A DNA stretch of 10,016 nt from the NCBI GenBank assembly GCA_046758445.1, contig JBHIAE010000080.1, positions 1 to 10,016 on the forward strand, given 5' to 3'. Positions 7,768 to 10,016 of the stretch are shown here, piece by piece (position 1 is the stretch's first letter; each line of letters begins with the position of its first letter). The DNA comes from Candidatus Thorarchaeota archaeon (lineage in GTDB: Archaea; Asgardarchaeota; Thorarchaeia; Thorarchaeales; Thorarchaeaceae). The translations under genes were made by a program, and so were the position numbers. The notes beneath the pieces are model-generated. The model ran no database searches. It saw only the letters and a program-made list of their open reading frames with translations, and had not been told where the DNA came from.

Positions 7768-7885
7768 TTAGGGCACTCTATTCAGTCCAATGGCGTTTCC
7801 ATGGGCGTGTAAGAGCGCTCTAGATTTCCAGAGCTATCTAAATTCTTTTAATTTCTATGACCCTAGTCTTGGGTTGTTGGGAACT

Positions 7886-8341
7886 ATGTCTAGAATATCA
7901 AGACCATTGATAGTGGCCCTAGGAATAGCAGTAATCGTTATTGGCACAATAAGCTGGTGGTCATTCTCCCCAATGCTCTTGCCCCCAGAACAACCTGAAT
8001 TCACAGTCTTGTTATCGGGATCTCTTCAGGAAGTTGATGCGTCACACACAGGCAGTGGAACCGTACAGCTCGTACAATCCGATACAGGAAACCAGTCAAT
8101 TCTTTTCATTGATGTGTTTATTACAAGTGGACCAGACCTATACGTCTATCTTTCCAACAAAAGTAGCTTCTCAGGCATCTATGATGATCCGGGGGAGTAT
8201 GTAAGTCTTGGCCTGACTCCTGCCGTCACGGGGAGTTTTACCGTGCCAATCCCCGAAAACATCAATGGAACTGATTATGCTTCAGTTCTTATTTGGTGCC
8301 AGGCTTATGCAGTCCTGTTCACGTATGCCGTACTTGAATGA
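7886..8341 (+). CDS. DM13 domain protein with N-terminal membrane anchor
   Basis: Motifs H.GSG.V, GPDLYVYLS, VSLG and IP......Y.SVLIWC...VLF. The likely start is ATG 7886 (MSRISRPLIVALG..., TM helix); the ORF track starts at 7790. Confidence 0.88.
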   Translation: MSRISRPLIVALGIAVIVIGTISWWSFSPMLLPPEQPEFTVLLSGSLQEVDASHTGSGTVQLVQSDTGNQSILFIDVFITSGPDLYVYLSNKSSFSGIYDDPGEYVSLGLTPAVTGSFTVPIPENINGTDYASVLIWCQAYAVLFTYAVLE

Positions 8342-8498
8342 GAACCATCTCTGTTTGCTCTTGGTCGATGGATTCACGATGGCGTTCTGTGAGAGGCTTC
8401 TAGATACGAAGTAGAATCTGCACCAGTCTCGTTTCTACTAGGGTTTTTAGCGAAGCAGTGTGTATCCGGTTTGATTCCAACCTCTAGGTGGTTGAAAA

Positions 8499-8846
8499 TT
8501 GTTTCTTGATGTCGGACAATGGCAAATTCCGGTCGAGAGTAGTAGAGAACACAAAGAAATAGTCCTAAAACTGCTTGATCATCACAGAGCTAACCCTGAT
8601 GAGTTCCCCTACAAGGAAGCATACTTCTACAAGATGCCTAGCGAAGACGCTTCTGTCGAGTCTTGGATGTACATACACATATTCGATAGCACTGAAGCCT
8701 TCTTGAAAATGGAAGACGCACAACAAAGAATGCTGGAAACAGAACCCGAATTGAAGGCCGCTATGGATAGGGCGTTTGAATTGATGGTTTCTGATTCTTG
8801 GAGGACTACACAATGGACTAGGGTTCAAGAATCTCGTAATGAATAG
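8499..8846 (+). CDS. Hypothetical protein, possibly dimeric alpha-beta barrel (ABM/NIPSNAP/DUF1428-like) fold
   Basis: 115-aa ORF with RBS-like AGGTGG upstream of TTG. The beta-alpha-beta-beta-alpha-beta pattern with WMYIHIFDS.EAF suggests the fold; this assignment is inference. Confidence 0.7.
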   Translation: MFLDVGQWQIPVESSREHKEIVLKLLDHHRANPDEFPYKEAYFYKMPSEDASVESWMYIHIFDSTEAFLKMEDAQQRMLETEPELKAAMDRAFELMVSDSWRTTQWTRVQESRNE

Positions 8847-8852
8847 TAGAAT

Positions 8853-8910
8853 AGACACTGAAAGGAGGATTAGATTTGCCAGAGGAACCAAGATACTGGG
8901 GATCATGGAA
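8853..8910 (+). repeat. Direct repeat R2, copy 2
   Basis: 55/58 identical to 1868-1925. Confidence 0.97.
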
Positions 8911-8934
8911 GCTACATCTGCTTCCTTTACATAC

Positions 8935-8998
8935 GTGACTGATACTCGAGTTGCCATTGGCTTTCGATTTTACTCACGAGGACACCGAGATCAGTCAT
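8935..8998. other. Long imperfect inverted repeat
   Basis: GTGACTGAT(A)CTCG ... CGAGATCAGTCAT gives 8+4 Watson-Crick pairs around a single bulged A. Confidence 0.55.
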
Positions 8999-9135
8999 GG
9001 CTCAGCCTATTTCGCCTCTCGGAAGTCTTATGTCGAAGCTCCGGACATAGTCTGGTTTGTAGTGTTGTCATATCTGTGACACAACTTCAGGTCCAGCTTT
9101 CTTGCCAGTACTATCTTTATGTCTAGCCTATCTGA

Positions 9136-10016
9136 ATGAATAATGGAGAGCCAAAAGTGCTTGGCGTAGAGGAACTAAAGGAAACGATTGAACTCACAAA
9201 TGAAACAGTGGAATGTCCAGTTAAGGGATGTAGTAAGAGGGTAAAAAGACAAAGACGAGGAGACAGATTCGACGAAGACAGATTCAAGTGTCAAACGCAT
9301 AATATCTTCATTTCTCCATCCACCTTTCAATACCCAAGTGTAGAAGATAACCTTCTTTGGAGAGATAAGCAAGGTCAAGGACTACTAGATAGAATAAAGA
9401 CAAAGAAACGACTATGGTATCCGTGGATGGCACGGGAAAGAAGCGAAGATGCTGTTAGTTGGAATGTCTTCAGATTCTTGGAGAAGAATGATCTAGTCGA
9501 GGGATTCTTGGAGTCGATTACTAACTCATCATTGAGTTCTTCAGAAGTGATTTACTGGTCGTACAGCCAGAGTGAAGACGCTGGCTGGCCCCCACTAAAC
9601 AAAGCAAGAAAAGAGTTTGGCGAGTGGATATCGCAGAGTTCAGAGCCTGATATAACTATCATAACTGATATTGCACTGTTCTTTGTTGAGGTAAAGTTAA
9701 CCTCTGATGGGAAGAATCCACCCCGCAAATCCAAGAAGTATGAAACCGGTGGCGATAATTGGTTCTCAGAAGTCTTTCAATCGGACTACGAAACGGTTGC
9801 AAAAGCTGAGGGACAACTCATGCGTTTCTGGCTACTTGGATCTTGGATGGCCAAGGAAATGGACCTAGATTTCTATCTCATGAATCTCGTACTGTCTGAA
9901 CGAGATGCGAATATCGAGGCCATCTTTGGGAGGCACATCAAGGAGAATCAGCGAAGGAGGTTCTTGAGAGCTACATGGGAGGCCATCTATGAGTACATCT
10001 CAAAGACAGGTCCATC
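9136..10016 (+). CDS. PD-(D/E)XK-superfamily putative endonuclease with N-terminal C-x4-C-x19-C-x2-H zinc finger (3' end outside window)
   Basis: The frame is open from ATG 9136 (or GTG 9157) to the window end, 293 codons by manual translation. Motifs are CPVKGC...KCQTH, RSEDAVSWNVF, SEPD, FFVEVK and QLMR. Absent from the ORF track because there is no stop. Confidence 0.85.
   Translation, partial: MNNGEPKVLGVEELKETIELTNETVECPVKGCSKRVKRQRRGDRFDEDRFKCQTHNIFISPSTFQYPSVEDNLLWRDKQGQGLLDRIKTKKRLWYPWMARERSEDAVSWNVFRFLEKNDLVEGFLESITNSSLSSSEVIYWSYSQSEDAGWPPLNKARKEFGEWISQSSEPDITIITDIALFFVEVKLTSDGKNPPRKSKKYETGGDNWFSEVFQSDYETVAKAEGQLMRFWLLGSWMAKEMDLDFYLMNLVLSERDANIEAIFGRHIKENQRRRFLRATWEAIYEYISKTGP

Noticed and set aside
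8839-9126. 95-aa ORF spanning R2 copy 2 (and antisense ORF 8565-8957)
   Set aside because: No recognisable motif. The RBS spacing favours the TTG frame, and the region is repeat- and hairpin-rich.

Overview
This is an archaeal-looking accessory region. The evidence is TATA-like boxes, GGTGA/GGAGG ribosome-binding sites, TTG/GTG starts and a C-terminally anchored Thr-linker solute-binding protein; an Asgard/Thorarchaeota-like origin is my inference only. In order, it holds: the 3' end of a PIN/VapC gene, a divergent DPSL (thioferritin) / Cys-free Fur-PerR pair, an SDR interrupted by one in-frame TGA, a NYN (LabA/DUF88) nuclease, two membrane-protein genes (one frameshifted), an orphan family-5 ABC solute-binding protein, a DM13 protein, a small hypothetical, and a Zn-finger + PD-(D/E)XK nuclease running off the window. 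The PIN gene and the final nuclease are missing from the ORF track. The most interesting signals are non-coding. (i) A dispersed 33-72 bp repeat occurs four times, always intergenic and always in the same orientation. (ii) A 58-bp near-perfect direct repeat occurs 6,985 bp apart; each copy carries an RBS + TTG start and begins a 20-codon mini-ORF with an identical 12-aa N-terminus and a different 8-aa tail. No integrase, transposase, tRNA, rRNA or CRISPR array is visible. All alignments and translations were done by hand.
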